DNA of 64,000 nucleotides from Planktothrix sp. GU0601_MAG3 (GCA_035193785.1 CP136572.1:3924578-3988577), one strand, 5' to 3'; counted from the first letter of the stretch, positions 36,391-47,377 are shown. The notes: generated by a model from the letters alone, not told the origin. Numbers and translations are program-made.

Positions 36391-36494
36391 TCAGTCATCA
36401 GTTATCAGTCATCAGTTATCAGTTATCAGTTATTAGTCATTAGTTATCAGTTATTAGTCATTAGTTATCAGTTGTTAGTTATTAGTTATTAGTT
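36389..36494. repeat. (TCAGTTA/TTAGTCA)n heptamer STRR tract
   Basis: Read directly; related tracts near 2090, 29610 and 29720. Confidence 0.85.
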
Positions 36495-36555
36495 AAGTAC
36501 CTAAACAAAATTAATTACAAACCCTGTTCCCTGTTCCCTGTTCCCTAGCGCTATA
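36494..36555. repeat. Small dispersed element, copy 2 (see 16812)
   Basis: TAAGTACCTAAACAAAATTAATTACAAA-(CCCTGTT)n-GCTATA. Confidence 0.7.
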
Positions 36556-36624
36556 TCAGTGTAAAAAGTAACATTTATTGCCAGTCAGTTTCAGGTTAAG
36601 CCCTTTTGATATCCCTTAATCCCC

Positions 36625-36652
36625 GTGGAGACGCGCCATGGCACGTCTCTAC
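36625..36652. repeat. REP palindrome, second family
   Basis: Reverse complement matches 47516-47543 except for one base. Confidence 0.8.
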
Positions 36653-36658
36653 AATGGA

Positions 36659-37011
36659 CTAACGGGTGATATCAATTTGGATTTTGCCACTAAAGTCAGG
36701 AATCGGTGGGGCGGGTTTGGTTAACTGTACCCGAACTTTTTCTACTCGTGGTTGTTGTAATAGGGTGTCGGTAATTTCTGTGGCTAATCGTTCCAAAAGG
36801 GCGAATTTGCTGGTTTTAATCACGTTCTCAACGGTTTTCTGATGGTCTGGCGATAGTCGAGGGTATCGGCGATCGCATCACTGCTACCCACGGGTCTTAG
36901 ATCTAACCACAGGGTAATATCGGCTTCAAACCATTGTCCCAAAACCTGTTCTTCGGGTAAATATCCGGTATAACCGTAGCTGCGAATCCCTGAAATGTGG
37001 ATTGAGTCCAT
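36659..37011 (-). CDS. folB: Dihydroneopterin aldolase (frameshift at 36834-36839)
   Basis: YGYTGYLPEEQVLGQWF, DTLDY; corrected frame gives FALLERLA...TKPAPP. Confidence 0.92.
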
Positions 37012-37066
37012 AATTCCCAAAATAAAATGATATTTTCTCAAGAATATGCTATATTAATGGAAGTGT

Positions 37067-37139
37067 GGGTATGTAGCTCAGTGGATAGAGCATCAGGTTC
37101 CGGTCCTGAGGGTCGGGGGTTCGAGTCCCTCCATACTCG
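37067..37139 (+). tRNA. tRNA-Arg(CCG)
   Basis: GGGTATG/CATACTC; anticodon arm TCAGG-TTCCGGT-CCTGA; GTTCGAG. Confidence 0.95.
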
Positions 37140-37338
37140 TTTTTTTGTGGCTGCCATAACCTAACTACCGTAGGTGTTTCAATTATTTTGATCCTTAGCT
37201 TTGATTTTTGCTTGTGTTGAATAATTAGTCAAGCGTATAGCCATGTTAGCCGTAAGTAAATAGTAGCTCGTCCGGGGGATTTTGTCAAGTAAATTCCCGG
37301 GAAATCGGCGAAAAATTTATCAAATGGCCAATAATAGA

Positions 37339-37909
37339 CTACAGATGAGAATCAAGATTAAGTAAAGGAAACTCGGTTTTGATATTCCAAGTTTGTCCGT
37401 TATGAATTAATAAAGTTAATTGAGGGACGGTAAACTCAAAATAAATCGGACGTTGGGCAAATTCTAGCCATGCGGCTTTAAAAGCTATTCGACTTAAATC
37501 TTTAAAAGCGACAGTAACATGGGGAGAAAACGGACGTTTTTTAGAAACTTCATCAACAATATTAAGCTGTTGTTCTAAATTATTGATTAACTGTTGTTGA
37601 AGATTAATTAATTCTGGTGTTTTGATTACATCTACAAACAGGACACGCGGCGGGAATGAAACTAAACCCCGATAGGGTGATTGGAATAGGGGGACAATTC
37701 ATTGCAAATGTAGTTAAATGTTGTTCTAAAGTTGGCAGATTTTCGGTTAACCATTTAAACGGAGGTTGTAAAGTAATATGGGGAGGGGATTTCAAGGCAT
37801 GGCAACTATTATAGGTTTGAGCACAATATTGTTTAATATCTGTAATTTGATTTTGAATAGGTTGGGGAGGGAGTAAGGCAATAAAAAACAATTTTTCTGA
37901 AGTTTTCAT
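37339..37909 (-). CDS. 2H phosphoesterase (2'-5' RNA ligase family; frameshift at 37658-37662)
   Basis: Two HxT motifs, PHITL and restored PHVTV. Confidence 0.88.
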
Positions 37910-38042
37910 ATCAAATGCCCGTAGGATGCCACCATAAACGTGCACGCACCATAACAATAATGTTATATGAAATCCTTAAATTAGTGCTACAGATGGCAAA
38001 TGAATTTGAGAGTTAAGAGAGTCCTGAAGGACTCACTACGGT

Positions 38043-39197
38043 TTATTTTTGGTCGGGTAGTGCTAAACAATCTGTTGTTCCCCAACAGACATAAACGGGG
38101 GTATTGCTATCGGGTAAACTATCGAAGGTTTTGGGTTGACGAACCATAATATTTTCCCCCGATAATAATTTCACCACATATTGAATATGGGTTCCCAAAT
38201 ACATTGTATTTAATAAACGACCTTCAAAACAATTCACCGAGTTGCTAACGGGATAAAAACTCAATGTCACTTTCTCAGGACGCACACTAACAACCGCCGA
38301 CGCACCTGTTCTTAAATTTTGCTGGGGGAGTTGAATACCGGGAATTTCAATCTGTTGAATTTCAATACTTAATCCAGTTTCCGTAACTATAAATAAACTG
38401 GTAGCATCGACACCTTCAACCGTACCCCGAAATAGGTTAGTGTCCCCAATAAAATCTGCGACAAAGGGAGTTTGAGGATATTCATAAATCTCGTTAGGAC
38501 TACCAATTTGTTCAATTCTGCCATCGTGCATCACAGCAATTCGGTCAGACAGACTCATGGCTTCCTCTTGGTCGTGGGTGACCATAATAAAAGTTAAACC
38601 CAAATTGCGATGGAGATTGGTGAGTTCCACCTGCATTTGTTTCCGCAGTTTTAAATCCAAAGCCCCTAAAGGTTCATCTAATAATAATACCGCCGGACGA
38701 TTAACTAAAGCCCTAGCTAAAGCCACCCGTTGCTGCTGACCCCCGGACAGTTGGGAGGGATAACGGTTAGCAAAGGATTCCATTTTCACTAAAGCTAACG
38801 CTTCCCGAACTTTCTCCTCAACTTCCGGCTTGATGATGCGTTTTAGCCTAAGTCCAAAGGCGATATTTTCCCAAACCGTCAAATGGTTAAATAGGGCATA
38901 ACTCTGAAATACCGTATTCACCGGACGCAGATAGGCGGGAGTCTGGGTAACGGACTGACCCCGAATTAGGACTTCTCCGGCCGAAGGCATTTCAAACCCA
39001 GCTATCAGTCGCAGTGTTGTGGTTTTACCGCAACCCGATGGCCCTAAAATACTAAAAAATTCCCCTCGACGAATATCGAGATCCACGCCACGAACGGCCG
39101 TTTCCCCATTAAAGACTTTGAACACTTTGCGAAGTTCAACATCAAACTTCGCTGGCGCCCCAATAGCACCTTGATTCTGCGTAGCCGCTTGCAGCAT
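38043..39197 (-). CDS. Second PotA-like ABC ATPase (orphan)
   Basis: GPSGCGKTT, LSGGQQQR, DEPLGALD and TOBE tail. Confidence 0.9.
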   Translation of the reverse strand: MLQAATQNQGAIGAPAKFDVELRKVFKVFNGETAVRGVDLDIRRGEFFSILGPSGCGKTTTLRLIAGFEMPSAGEVLIRGQSVTQTPAYLRPVNTVFQSYALFNHLTVWENIAFGLRLKRIIKPEVEEKVREALALVKMESFANRYPSQLSGGQQQRVALARALVNRPAVLLLDEPLGALDLKLRKQMQVELTNLHRNLGLTFIMVTHDQEEAMSLSDRIAVMHDGRIEQIGSPNEIYEYPQTPFVADFIGDTNLFRGTVEGVDATSLFIVTETGLSIEIQQIEIPGIQLPQQNLRTGASAVVSVRPEKVTLSFYPVSNSVNCFEGRLLNTMYLGTHIQYVVKLLSGENIMVRQPKTFDSLPDSNTPVYVCWGTTDCLALPDQK

Positions 39198-39376
39198 AGT
39201 GTTATGTTCGGAGATTTACCCTGACTACAGCTTATCTGATCAACAGTCTTACTGACAAGATGATAGCCTAGGGGAGTCCAGATTGCACTTGACAGCATGA
39301 GACCGATTCCGGTGTACAATATCGAGCGCGAAAGTGCAGCAATTGAAGGGCTAACTTGGTGTGAGGAGTTAAATGA

Positions 39377-40195
39377 ATGAATTGGCAAAAAGATCCCCTG
39401 TCCGTCCTGCAAGATACAAGTCGAACGTTTCATATCCCCATTAGTCGTTTGCCTCCTTTACTCCAAGAAGCCGTGGCGTCTGCGTATTTGTGTATGCGGG
39501 CAATTGATGAAGTTGAAGATCATCCCGGTTTGGATAATGCCACAAAAGCCCGATTGCTGCATAGGATGAGCCAAAATTTTCAAGCGGCGGTATGTCGAGA
39601 AACCATTGCTGATGATTGGTTTGCGGAATTTTCCGATATTGAAACCTTGGAAGAAGTGACCCTACGGGTGGGAGAGTGGGCCAAGTTAGCCCCGGAACGG
39701 ATTGGCCCCCGGATTTGGGACGCCACGGCGGCGATGGCTGACCGGATGGCGTTTTGGGCCGAACGTAATTGGCGAATTGAAACCGAAACTGAGTTAGATC
39801 AATATACCTTTAGTGTGGCGGGGGCTGTGGGGCTGTTGTTGTCGGATTTGTGGGCCTGGTATGATGGTACACAAACCCACCGAGTTCACGCCATTGGCTT
39901 TGGTCGGGGGTTACAGGCGGTGAATATTCTGCGGAATTATCGGGATGATGGGAGTCGAGGGGTGGATTTCTTTCCCGAAGGTTGGACGTCGGAACAAATG
40001 CACAGCTATGCTAAACGCAATTTAGTGTTAGCGGATGCCTATACTGAGGCCTTACCCTCTGGCCCCGCCTTGGATTTTTGTCGAATTCCCCTAGCTTTGG
40101 CCCATGCCACTTTAAATGTATTAGCAGACGGTCAAGACAAACTAACTCGCAGCGCAGTTGTGGAATTAATTGAACAGGTTTGTGGCGGTAAGTAG
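39377..40195 (+). CDS. Squalene/phytoene synthase family protein
   Basis: [23 protein letters not shown] and LQAVNILR. Confidence 0.88.
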   Translation: MNWQKDPLSVLQDTSRTFHIPISRLPPLLQEAVASAYLCMRAIDEVEDHPGLDNATKARLLHRMSQNFQAAVCRETIADDWFAEFSDIETLEEVTLRVGEWAKLAPERIGPRIWDATAAMADRMAFWAERNWRIETETELDQYTFSVAGAVGLLLSDLWAWYDGTQTHRVHAIGFGRGLQAVNILRNYRDDGSRGVDFFPEGWTSEQMHSYAKRNLVLADAYTEALPSGPALDFCRIPLALAHATLNVLADGQDKLTRSAVVELIEQVCGGK

Positions 40196-40400
40196 GGAGC
40201 AGGGGGAGCAGGGGGGCGGGGGAGGCAGGGGGAGCAGGGGGAGCAGGGGGAGCAGGGGGAGCAGGGGGAGCAGGGGGAGCAGGGGGAGCAGGGGGAGCAG
40301 GGGGAGCAGGGGGAGCAGGGGGAGCAGGGGGAGGTAGGGGATGTAAAATCTTTCTTTTTATTTCCTATTTCCTATTTCCTATTTCCTATTTCCTATTTCC
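40194..40400. repeat. (GGGGGAGCA)n G-rich tract followed by (TTTCCTA)n
   Basis: Read directly from sequence. Confidence 0.9.
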
Positions 40401-40454
40401 TAGTATTTTTTGGTTTAAAATCATAGATAAAGTAGATTTTATCAATGGGAAAAA

Positions 40455-41864
40455 ATGGCTGAATTTTTGGAAAATGGGGGAACAATTGTAGCGATCGCCA
40501 CTGCCATTGTACCACAACAGGGGAGCGTGGGAATTGTGCGGATGTCGGGGAGTGAATCCCAATCCATTGCTAAACAGTTATTTGATCCTCCAGGACGGCA
40601 AGTTTGGGAAAGTCACCGAATTTTATATGGGTATATTCGCCATCCCCAAACCAAAAAAACCATTGATGAAGTGTTGTTATTATTAATGTTATCTCCCCGT
40701 TCCTATACCCGGGAAGATGTGGTAGAATTTCACTGTCATGGGGGAATAATTGCGGTTCAACAGGTGTTACAATTGTGTATAGAATTGGGGGCAAGGTTGG
40801 CACAACCGGGAGAATTTACTCTCCGAGCTTTTTTAAATGGCAGATTAGATTTAACTCAAGCCGAAAGTGTGGCGGAATTAGTCGGCTCTCAATCAATTGC
40901 GGCGGCACAAACGGCTTTGGCTGGATTACAAGGAAAATTAGCCAATCCAATTCGAGAATTACGGGCAACCTGTTTAGATATTTTAGCTGAAATTGAAGCT
41001 AGAGTTGATTTTGAGGAGGATTTGCCCCCGTTAAATGAGTCGGAAATTATCGCCCAAATCCATCAAGTTTTGGGAGAATTATCGCAATTTTTAGCAACGG
41101 CTGACACGGGAGAACTATTAAGAACCGGGTTAAAAGTAGCAATTGTCGGTCGTCCGAATGTGGGAAAATCAAGTTTATTAAATGCTTGGAGTCGGAGCGA
41201 TCGCGCCATTGTTACGGACTTACCGGGAACGACTCGGGACGTGGTAGAATCGCAATTAGTTGTGGGAGGAATCCCGATTCAAGTATTAGATACGGCTGGA
41301 ATTCGTCACTCAGAGGATCAGGTGGAAAAAATTGGAATTGAGCGATCGCATCAAGCCGCCCAATCCGCCGATTTAGTGTTATTAACCCTGGATGCTGTTG
41401 TAGGTTTAACTGAAGCAGATTTAGAGATTTATCAACAGATAAAACATGGTCATTTTATTGTTATAATTAATAAAATAGATCAGGTTAAAATAGATCAATT
41501 AGAGGCGATAAAACTAACAGTTATTCAAAGTTTAAATATAGAAAATATTGCGATTGTTCAAATGGCTGCTGCTTTAAATCAGGGGATTCCAGAGTTAGAA
41601 ACAGCCATATTAAATTCAGTTTACGGCGAAAATATTCAAGCTGCTAATTTAGAATTTGCCATTAACCAACGTCAAGCCGCCGCCTTAACCCGTGCTAAAG
41701 TTTGTTTAGAAGAAGTGGAAACAACCATTAATGATCAACTTCCCTTTGATTTCTGGACAATTGATCTCCGAGGTGCGATTCATGCGTTAGGGGAAGTCAC
41801 GGGAGAAGAAGTTACAGAATCGGTTTTAGATCGGATATTTAGTCGGTTTTGTATTGGGAAATAG
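40455..41864 (+). CDS. mnmE: tRNA modification GTPase MnmE/TrmE
   Basis: [17 protein letters not shown] and terminal FCIGK. Confidence 0.97.
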   Translation: MAEFLENGGTIVAIATAIVPQQGSVGIVRMSGSESQSIAKQLFDPPGRQVWESHRILYGYIRHPQTKKTIDEVLLLLMLSPRSYTREDVVEFHCHGGIIAVQQVLQLCIELGARLAQPGEFTLRAFLNGRLDLTQAESVAELVGSQSIAAAQTALAGLQGKLANPIRELRATCLDILAEIEARVDFEEDLPPLNESEIIAQIHQVLGELSQFLATADTGELLRTGLKVAIVGRPNVGKSSLLNAWSRSDRAIVTDLPGTTRDVVESQLVVGGIPIQVLDTAGIRHSEDQVEKIGIERSHQAAQSADLVLLTLDAVVGLTEADLEIYQQIKHGHFIVIINKIDQVKIDQLEAIKLTVIQSLNIENIAIVQMAAALNQGIPELETAILNSVYGENIQAANLEFAINQRQAAALTRAKVCLEEVETTINDQLPFDFWTIDLRGAIHALGEVTGEEVTESVLDRIFSRFCIGK

Positions 41865-41897
41865 TCTTAATTTGAATGAAGTACAGTTTCTAGGGAT

Positions 41898-41930
41898 AAA
41901 AACCCGGTTTCTTTGAGAAACCGGGTTTTT
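41898..41930. repeat. Palindrome AAAAACCCGGTTTCT-TTG-AGAAACCGGGTTTTT between convergent genes (possible bidirectional terminator)
   Basis: Perfect inverted repeat with A/T tails. Confidence 0.7.
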
Positions 41931-41957
41931 GGGTGTACCCAATTTCAACGCATACTG

Positions 41958-43137
41958 CTATATGCTACTTAATAATGCTTTTAAAAACCTTTGACCGGAC
42001 TGTTCTAAATCATCTTCTAAAGAAAAGGTGAGACTCTGTAAACGGATTGAACTATTAGGAAACCAGACAATTTAGCGGTTTATTTAAAGGTTTTGGATAA
42101 ACTAAAATAGCATTTTGACTATTTTTTAAAGTAGCATAGGCGATCGCTTGATAAATGTCTAAGTTTGACGGTTTGGAATCAGGAATTTTATATTTAGTAT
42201 CGAGAATAAAGATAACTTGCTTTGTATTTTTATCATAAATAACTAAATCAATCTTAGAATCTACAATTTTACAAAAATTAACACTTTCTTGATCTTTAAT
42301 TTCAAAGTTAGCGGGAATATGGGATTTTAACCAAGCATAAACAAATTTTTCATAGAGTATATCAGTTCTAACTAAAAAAGGAAACATCTGATAATTTCCG
42401 ACTTGATGCGCTACTCCACAATTATCTAAGAAAAATCGACATAAACTGTGTAAAGTCTGATAATCTTGATTCAATCTATTATAGGATCTATTAATACAAT
42501 CATCCCCCTTAAAAGGTCGTTGAGTCGCTAAACCTTGTAAGGTATGATAGGCTTTTCTAACGGTTGTTGATAGCTGTTCTGAACATAACCCACTGCGACC
42601 AATAATATCTAATGTCCATAACAAGATTTGATTATCTTCTATATCAGCCGTATACTGATTATATTCGCAATTGAGTTTAACTGTCCCAGGATGTTTAAAC
42701 TGATATTGAAAATCAACTTTTCCCCGAACATAAGGCAAAAGTTCAGTATTTTTAAGATAAGTTCGATAAAATCCTTTGCGACTTTGAGCTAATATTTTTT
42801 GTATTAAAATATCAGCTAATCTATTATAAAATTCTGGAATAGTTTCACAATGAACAGATCCGTCTAGGAGTTGAAAACTGTTAAGATTATAGGTATATTC
42901 CAACATCCTAAATAAATTAGCAATGAGAACTTTAGGTTTTAGAAAAATCTGAATATCAGGCGTTAAGGGAATGAAACCCACATAACTTTTAGCGGTGAGT
43001 TTATATTGTTTCTTGGTTTTCGGGGATGGATAATCAATATCAATATATTTATAATAATTATGATAAATCAGATCTGCGATCGCTTCCTCTAATTCCTCTG
43101 GCTTAAAGAATTTAGGTTGATATTCTATCAGTTTCAA
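41958..43137 (-). CDS. mcrC: McrC family restriction endonuclease subunit (3' frameshift at 42059-42063)
   Basis: YVGFI, LYEKFV, KIDLVI...ILDTKYK and DIYQAIAYA. Confidence 0.9.
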
Positions 43138-44756
43138 TCATTTTCATCAGCATTCAAACCCAGCCTAAGTTTAACTTTATCCCATCGAAATTGTTCTATT
43201 TTATCCAGTGCATTATAAAAATATTCCTCTAAATAGGGTTCGATTTCCATTTCCCAGATATCCTGAATATTATCCTCAATATTCCGTATCATAAAAAAGG
43301 ATATCCCAATTTCATAATTAGGATCAGCAATCATTTTGTTAATATCTTGAAGGACTTGAATTAATTGATCTATCGAAAAATTGATTTCATCGTCTTTATG
43401 ATAACGTTTTAAAATATTATAATTTGGAGCAATTTTAATAAAAGCAAAACGACGACGCAACGCATGATCAACTAACGCAATAGAACGATCTGCGGTGTTC
43501 ATAGTTCCAATAATAAAAACATTTCCAGGAATCTCAAAGGGTTCATTACTACCTGCTAAATTAATTTTTTCCTCTCGATATTCTAATAAATACATTAACT
43601 CCCCAAACACATTTGATAAATTTGCTCGATTAATTTCATCAATAATTAAAACACAAATATCATCATAAGATTCGGCTTTTTTACAAAATTCTAAAAATCG
43701 ACCAGGGACGAGATCATAAGTTAATTGTCCGTTTTCAGTCCGAGGACGTATTCCTTGAATAAAGTCTTCATAACTATAGGATGGATGAAATTGAATGATT
43801 TCCGAAAAACCATCTCTACCTGTAATAAAATGTTCAGCTAATTGTTGGGCAATCCAGGTTTTTCCGGTTCCGGGTGGCCCTTGTAAAATAATTTGTCCTT
43901 TACGGTTAATATTATTTATCCATCTCAGAAGTTCAGTTTCATCAATTCCTGTTTCTTTAGAACATTGCTCTAAAGTATATTCTGGTTGCAAGTTTTGTTC
44001 TTCAATATCTAATTTAATATCAGTCATAATTTCATTCAATAATGAGGGATAAATAGAAGTAAAATCATACTTTCTGACAGCTACCAACCAATGAGAAAAC
44101 ATATCAAACAAATCATCATCTCGTAGGGAAGGTCTACCAGGCTGACGCATTTCGGGAGCCAACTTTTTGATCAGTTTTATTCCTGTGTCATTAATATATG
44201 GATAATCAATTAACTGCTGAGTATAAGAAGTTTGAGAAAAATAGTTAATAACTATTCTTGATTTCTTATTAATCACAATAAAATTATCGGGTCGAAGTGC
44301 ATTCAGAATTGGGGAAATTATCCCAGACTGAAACCCTTTAGAGTAAGGTAAATTAGAGAAATTATTGCAAGCATCAATAAGTTTATTTGGGTGATCATTA
44401 CAACAACGAACAAAATTAAGAATTGCTTGAGCAATATCAGGCCATTCTTCTGATTTTGTCCATTTTGCAGCCTCATATTTATTTCTAACATCTGTAGCAA
44501 GCACAGGTGCAATATGTATCCATGCTCCTCTTTTTTGGTTAGCTGGAGAATCAGTATAGGGAAGTAGTTGTAATAATATAGAATCAGTTACATCTTCTCC
44601 CGCATTAGCCGCAGAAATAATTGCTTTAAAATTTCGACAACCTTGTTGACGTTGTTGGTCGTATGCTGCGATGTGTCGCAAACCATCCCCAGAATAAGGA
44701 TAGGAGTCTATAAATTCTAAAAATAATTCAGTAAATTTACTTTGAATATTACTCAT
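43134..44756 (-). CDS. mcrB: McrB family AAA+ GTPase with an unrecognised ~240-aa N-terminal domain
   Basis: GPPGTGKT, QFHPSYSYEDF, IIDEINRAN and MNTADRS...ALRRRF. Confidence 0.92.
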   Translation of the reverse strand: MSNIQSKFTELFLEFIDSYPYSGDGLRHIAAYDQQRQQGCRNFKAIISAANAGEDVTDSILLQLLPYTDSPANQKRGAWIHIAPVLATDVRNKYEAAKWTKSEEWPDIAQAILNFVRCCNDHPNKLIDACNNFSNLPYSKGFQSGIISPILNALRPDNFIVINKKSRIVINYFSQTSYTQQLIDYPYINDTGIKLIKKLAPEMRQPGRPSLRDDDLFDMFSHWLVAVRKYDFTSIYPSLLNEIMTDIKLDIEEQNLQPEYTLEQCSKETGIDETELLRWINNINRKGQIILQGPPGTGKTWIAQQLAEHFITGRDGFSEIIQFHPSYSYEDFIQGIRPRTENGQLTYDLVPGRFLEFCKKAESYDDICVLIIDEINRANLSNVFGELMYLLEYREEKINLAGSNEPFEIPGNVFIIGTMNTADRSIALVDHALRRRFAFIKIAPNYNILKRYHKDDEINFSIDQLIQVLQDINKMIADPNYEIGISFFMIRNIEDNIQDIWEMEIEPYLEEYFYNALDKIEQFRWDKVKLRLGLNADEND

Positions 44757-44789
44757 ATTTAGTTTAAATTTTATTGAAGTCAGTTTTTT

Positions 44790-45239
44790 TTATAGGGGTT
44801 TTTCTGCGAGCTTACTAATGACTTTAAATTCATTATCTGTAATATAACGATAACTTTGAGGCGGATTAATTGTAGGCAACTTTTTTTTAAGCGTGGTTAA
44901 CTTAATAGGGTTATTAAAAATATTTTTATTATTAAAAAATATGGCAACACCTAATGATGCACCTTGATAATAACGTTGAAAATCTTGATAGGTAATACCA
45001 GCTTTATCTTTGACCTTTTCCCAGAAATCTTTCTTATTTTGAGGTAAATTTTCTGTAATTACCCGTTCTACTTCTAAAGAAGCAACTAAATTTTGCTGAG
45101 GAGATGTAACATATACCAAAACTAAATCTCCCGCTTCAAGACGAGTCCGAACTCGGCGCAGTTCTACGGTTTTTTTACCTGCTAAAATTTTCTTAGCATA
45201 TTCTGGCTTTATCGAAAGTAACAATATATTATTTGGCAT
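44790..45239 (-). CDS. ASCH domain protein
   Basis: LSIKPEYAKKILAGKKTVELRR (GxKxxExR), VYVTSP and PPQSYRY. Confidence 0.9.
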   Translation of the reverse strand: MPNNILLLSIKPEYAKKILAGKKTVELRRVRTRLEAGDLVLVYVTSPQQNLVASLEVERVITENLPQNKKDFWEKVKDKAGITYQDFQRYYQGASLGVAIFFNNKNIFNNPIKLTTLKKKLPTINPPQSYRYITDNEFKVISKLAEKPL

Positions 45240-47377
45240 TATTCTTTAGAGTTTAATTGATTTCCTCGGCAATATAGTATAGCAAATTTTTCCTTAGAAA
45301 CATAGTACGCAGACTGCATTGTAAATTTATTCTCTAAAACTTCTTGAACCTCATTTAATGGAATAGGTAATTTCAGTAGTTCTGTATGACTAAATTTAAT
45401 TGCCATAATTTCTTTTTCAGGATCTCCGCCAGCTACATCTAACACATCATTCCATTGATATATACCTAAATTTTGAAATCTACGAAATAGTTCTTGAGGT
45501 TTTCCTAATACTACTTCATCAAGACGAGATACAGCACGAATAGAGCTTATATCCTGATAACCTTTATCTTTATCTTTACTTACATACCATATAATTCTTC
45601 CTGAAACTCCTGGTTTAAGAGTTTTAGGAGCAGATTTAGATTTATAATAAACAGCTTCTGTATTAAGAGCTATATCAATTTTACTAGCACCAAACAAAGT
45701 TTGATTTGCCAAATTATAATCAAATAAATTTTTCGCCCATTTCGGTTGAATAGGAATAATAAATGTAGGAATGTCAGCATCAATAACTTTAGCTGGAAAA
45801 AACTTTTTTTCTATGTCCCACATGGTTTTTGTTTCTTTCAGATTTTCGTCATCAGATAGTAACTTTGAGAATTTAGTACAGAAATTATAATCTTCAGAAG
45901 ATTGTTGAGCAATTATATTTAAGTGATCAGATAACTGTAAAGCTGTATCAGCTATAAATAGGTTAGCTCTTAACCAACCGTTAGAGACTTGTATAAAAGT
46001 AGAATTTTTTTGAATAGCCTTAGTAGTTTTTTCTGATAAGTAAGTATCGGTAATCCTCGTAAAATTTCGCCCTTCTTTAATACTATAAAAGATTGAATTA
46101 TAAATCAAATGGCTAATAATAGTATCAGCAATAGGATGATCATCAAGAACTCTAATTATAGGTATTTCTAGTTCATCTGATTTATGTTTATCATATACTA
46201 ACAAAGCAATTTTATTGTTATTCTCTAAAATATTCCAGCATTGAAATTTATCTTTATCTGTCAAAAATCTCTTGCTTTTTTGGATGAACTCGGCTTTCTT
46301 TTCCTTGTTTGCTTTTGATAAAAATATTGTTTGTAAATCTATTTCTCCCCACTGAACAGGAATTTTTGTAATTGACATCCCTGCCATACGAATAGGTTGA
46401 TACTCTGTTTTGCTTGCAATCTCATTGATTTGAATAATTAACTCTAAAGGAGAAAGAATAGAGAGTTTAAATTGATCATAAAATTCATCTTTAAATTGTA
46501 ATATTTGCTGATTTTGGGTGACAAAAATATAAGTTTCAGAAGCCAATATCTTTTGAAGATAACGGAAATTGTAGTTATCTAAATCAATATTTTTTCTTTT
46601 CAAAAAAATGGCTAATTCATTTTGATTATCGTTATTTTTTTGATCGACATCAAGTAAACTAAAATGTGTCCTGAAAGTCATCAATTTTTTTCTTTGTTCA
46701 GAATTAGTAATATTATTTATTTGATTACTAATTTCATCAACTAAAGACAAATCTACTTCTGATTGCAACCAATCTGACATAAGAGATTTTGAATCTTTAT
46801 TTTCTGGATTATCTTGTTCTTCCGCTATTTCAAAAAAGATTGGTGCATCTATAACAACAGATAATTTAGATTCTCTGTTGGTTTCGTTTAATATTGATAG
46901 TAAATTAGGATGTCCATAGTCAAGCCACCAATATGTATTTTCTTTTCCTCTAGTTCTCGCCGGTTTATCATGTGTGGAGATAAAACCTAACTTTTCCCAA
47001 AAGGAAGCTAAATTAAAATCTCGGCGACAAGTTAAACCGATACCTTCATATCTTTTATCAGTATCAGTAATTTTTTTTAAATGATTAACTAATTGTTCAG
47101 GTATTCCTTTTCTACGCCAATTTTCACTAATACATAAATGAATCAGCCTAATTCGCTTGTTGTGCCTTTCTTTAGTTTTATATAAAAGATAACCAATACA
47201 TTCTTTTTGGGGCGAAATAGCAACAATAATAGTTCCTTTAGCCGCGTGTTCAATAAATGCACCTTTCGGAAAAAACCCCAATGTTTTATTATTGGCATCA
47301 CCTAAATTGATTACAGTCTCTAAATAAGGAGAATTTTCATCAATTATTTGAGTATAGATATCATCTGTATCTTTCAT
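45239..47377 (-). CDS. GNAT acetyltransferase / PIN-like / ASCH(PUA)-like fusion protein
   Basis: LIHLCISENWRRKGI (GNAT motif A) and FWEKLGF; VVIDA...IFVTQN (PIN-like); IIPIQPKWAKNLF...VYYKS...RIIWYVS (ASCH/PUA-like). Confidence 0.75.
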   Translation of the reverse strand: MKDTDDIYTQIIDENSPYLETVINLGDANNKTLGFFPKGAFIEHAAKGTIIVAISPQKECIGYLLYKTKERHNKRIRLIHLCISENWRRKGIPEQLVNHLKKITDTDKRYEGIGLTCRRDFNLASFWEKLGFISTHDKPARTRGKENTYWWLDYGHPNLLSILNETNRESKLSVVIDAPIFFEIAEEQDNPENKDSKSLMSDWLQSEVDLSLVDEISNQINNITNSEQRKKLMTFRTHFSLLDVDQKNNDNQNELAIFLKRKNIDLDNYNFRYLQKILASETYIFVTQNQQILQFKDEFYDQFKLSILSPLELIIQINEIASKTEYQPIRMAGMSITKIPVQWGEIDLQTIFLSKANKEKKAEFIQKSKRFLTDKDKFQCWNILENNNKIALLVYDKHKSDELEIPIIRVLDDHPIADTIISHLIYNSIFYSIKEGRNFTRITDTYLSEKTTKAIQKNSTFIQVSNGWLRANLFIADTALQLSDHLNIIAQQSSEDYNFCTKFSKLLSDDENLKETKTMWDIEKKFFPAKVIDADIPTFIIPIQPKWAKNLFDYNLANQTLFGASKIDIALNTEAVYYKSKSAPKTLKPGVSGRIIWYVSKDKDKGYQDISSIRAVSRLDEVVLGKPQELFRRFQNLGIYQWNDVLDVAGGDPEKEIMAIKFSHTELLKLPIPLNEVQEVLENKFTMQSAYYVSKEKFAILYCRGNQLNSKE

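Noticed and set aside
45239..47377. The GNAT fusion as the writer of the GAAC/GTTC mark
   Set aside because: Nothing in the sequence links them, and Dnd phosphorothioation or a methylase encoded elsewhere is a simpler explanation. Kept only as a testable alternative.
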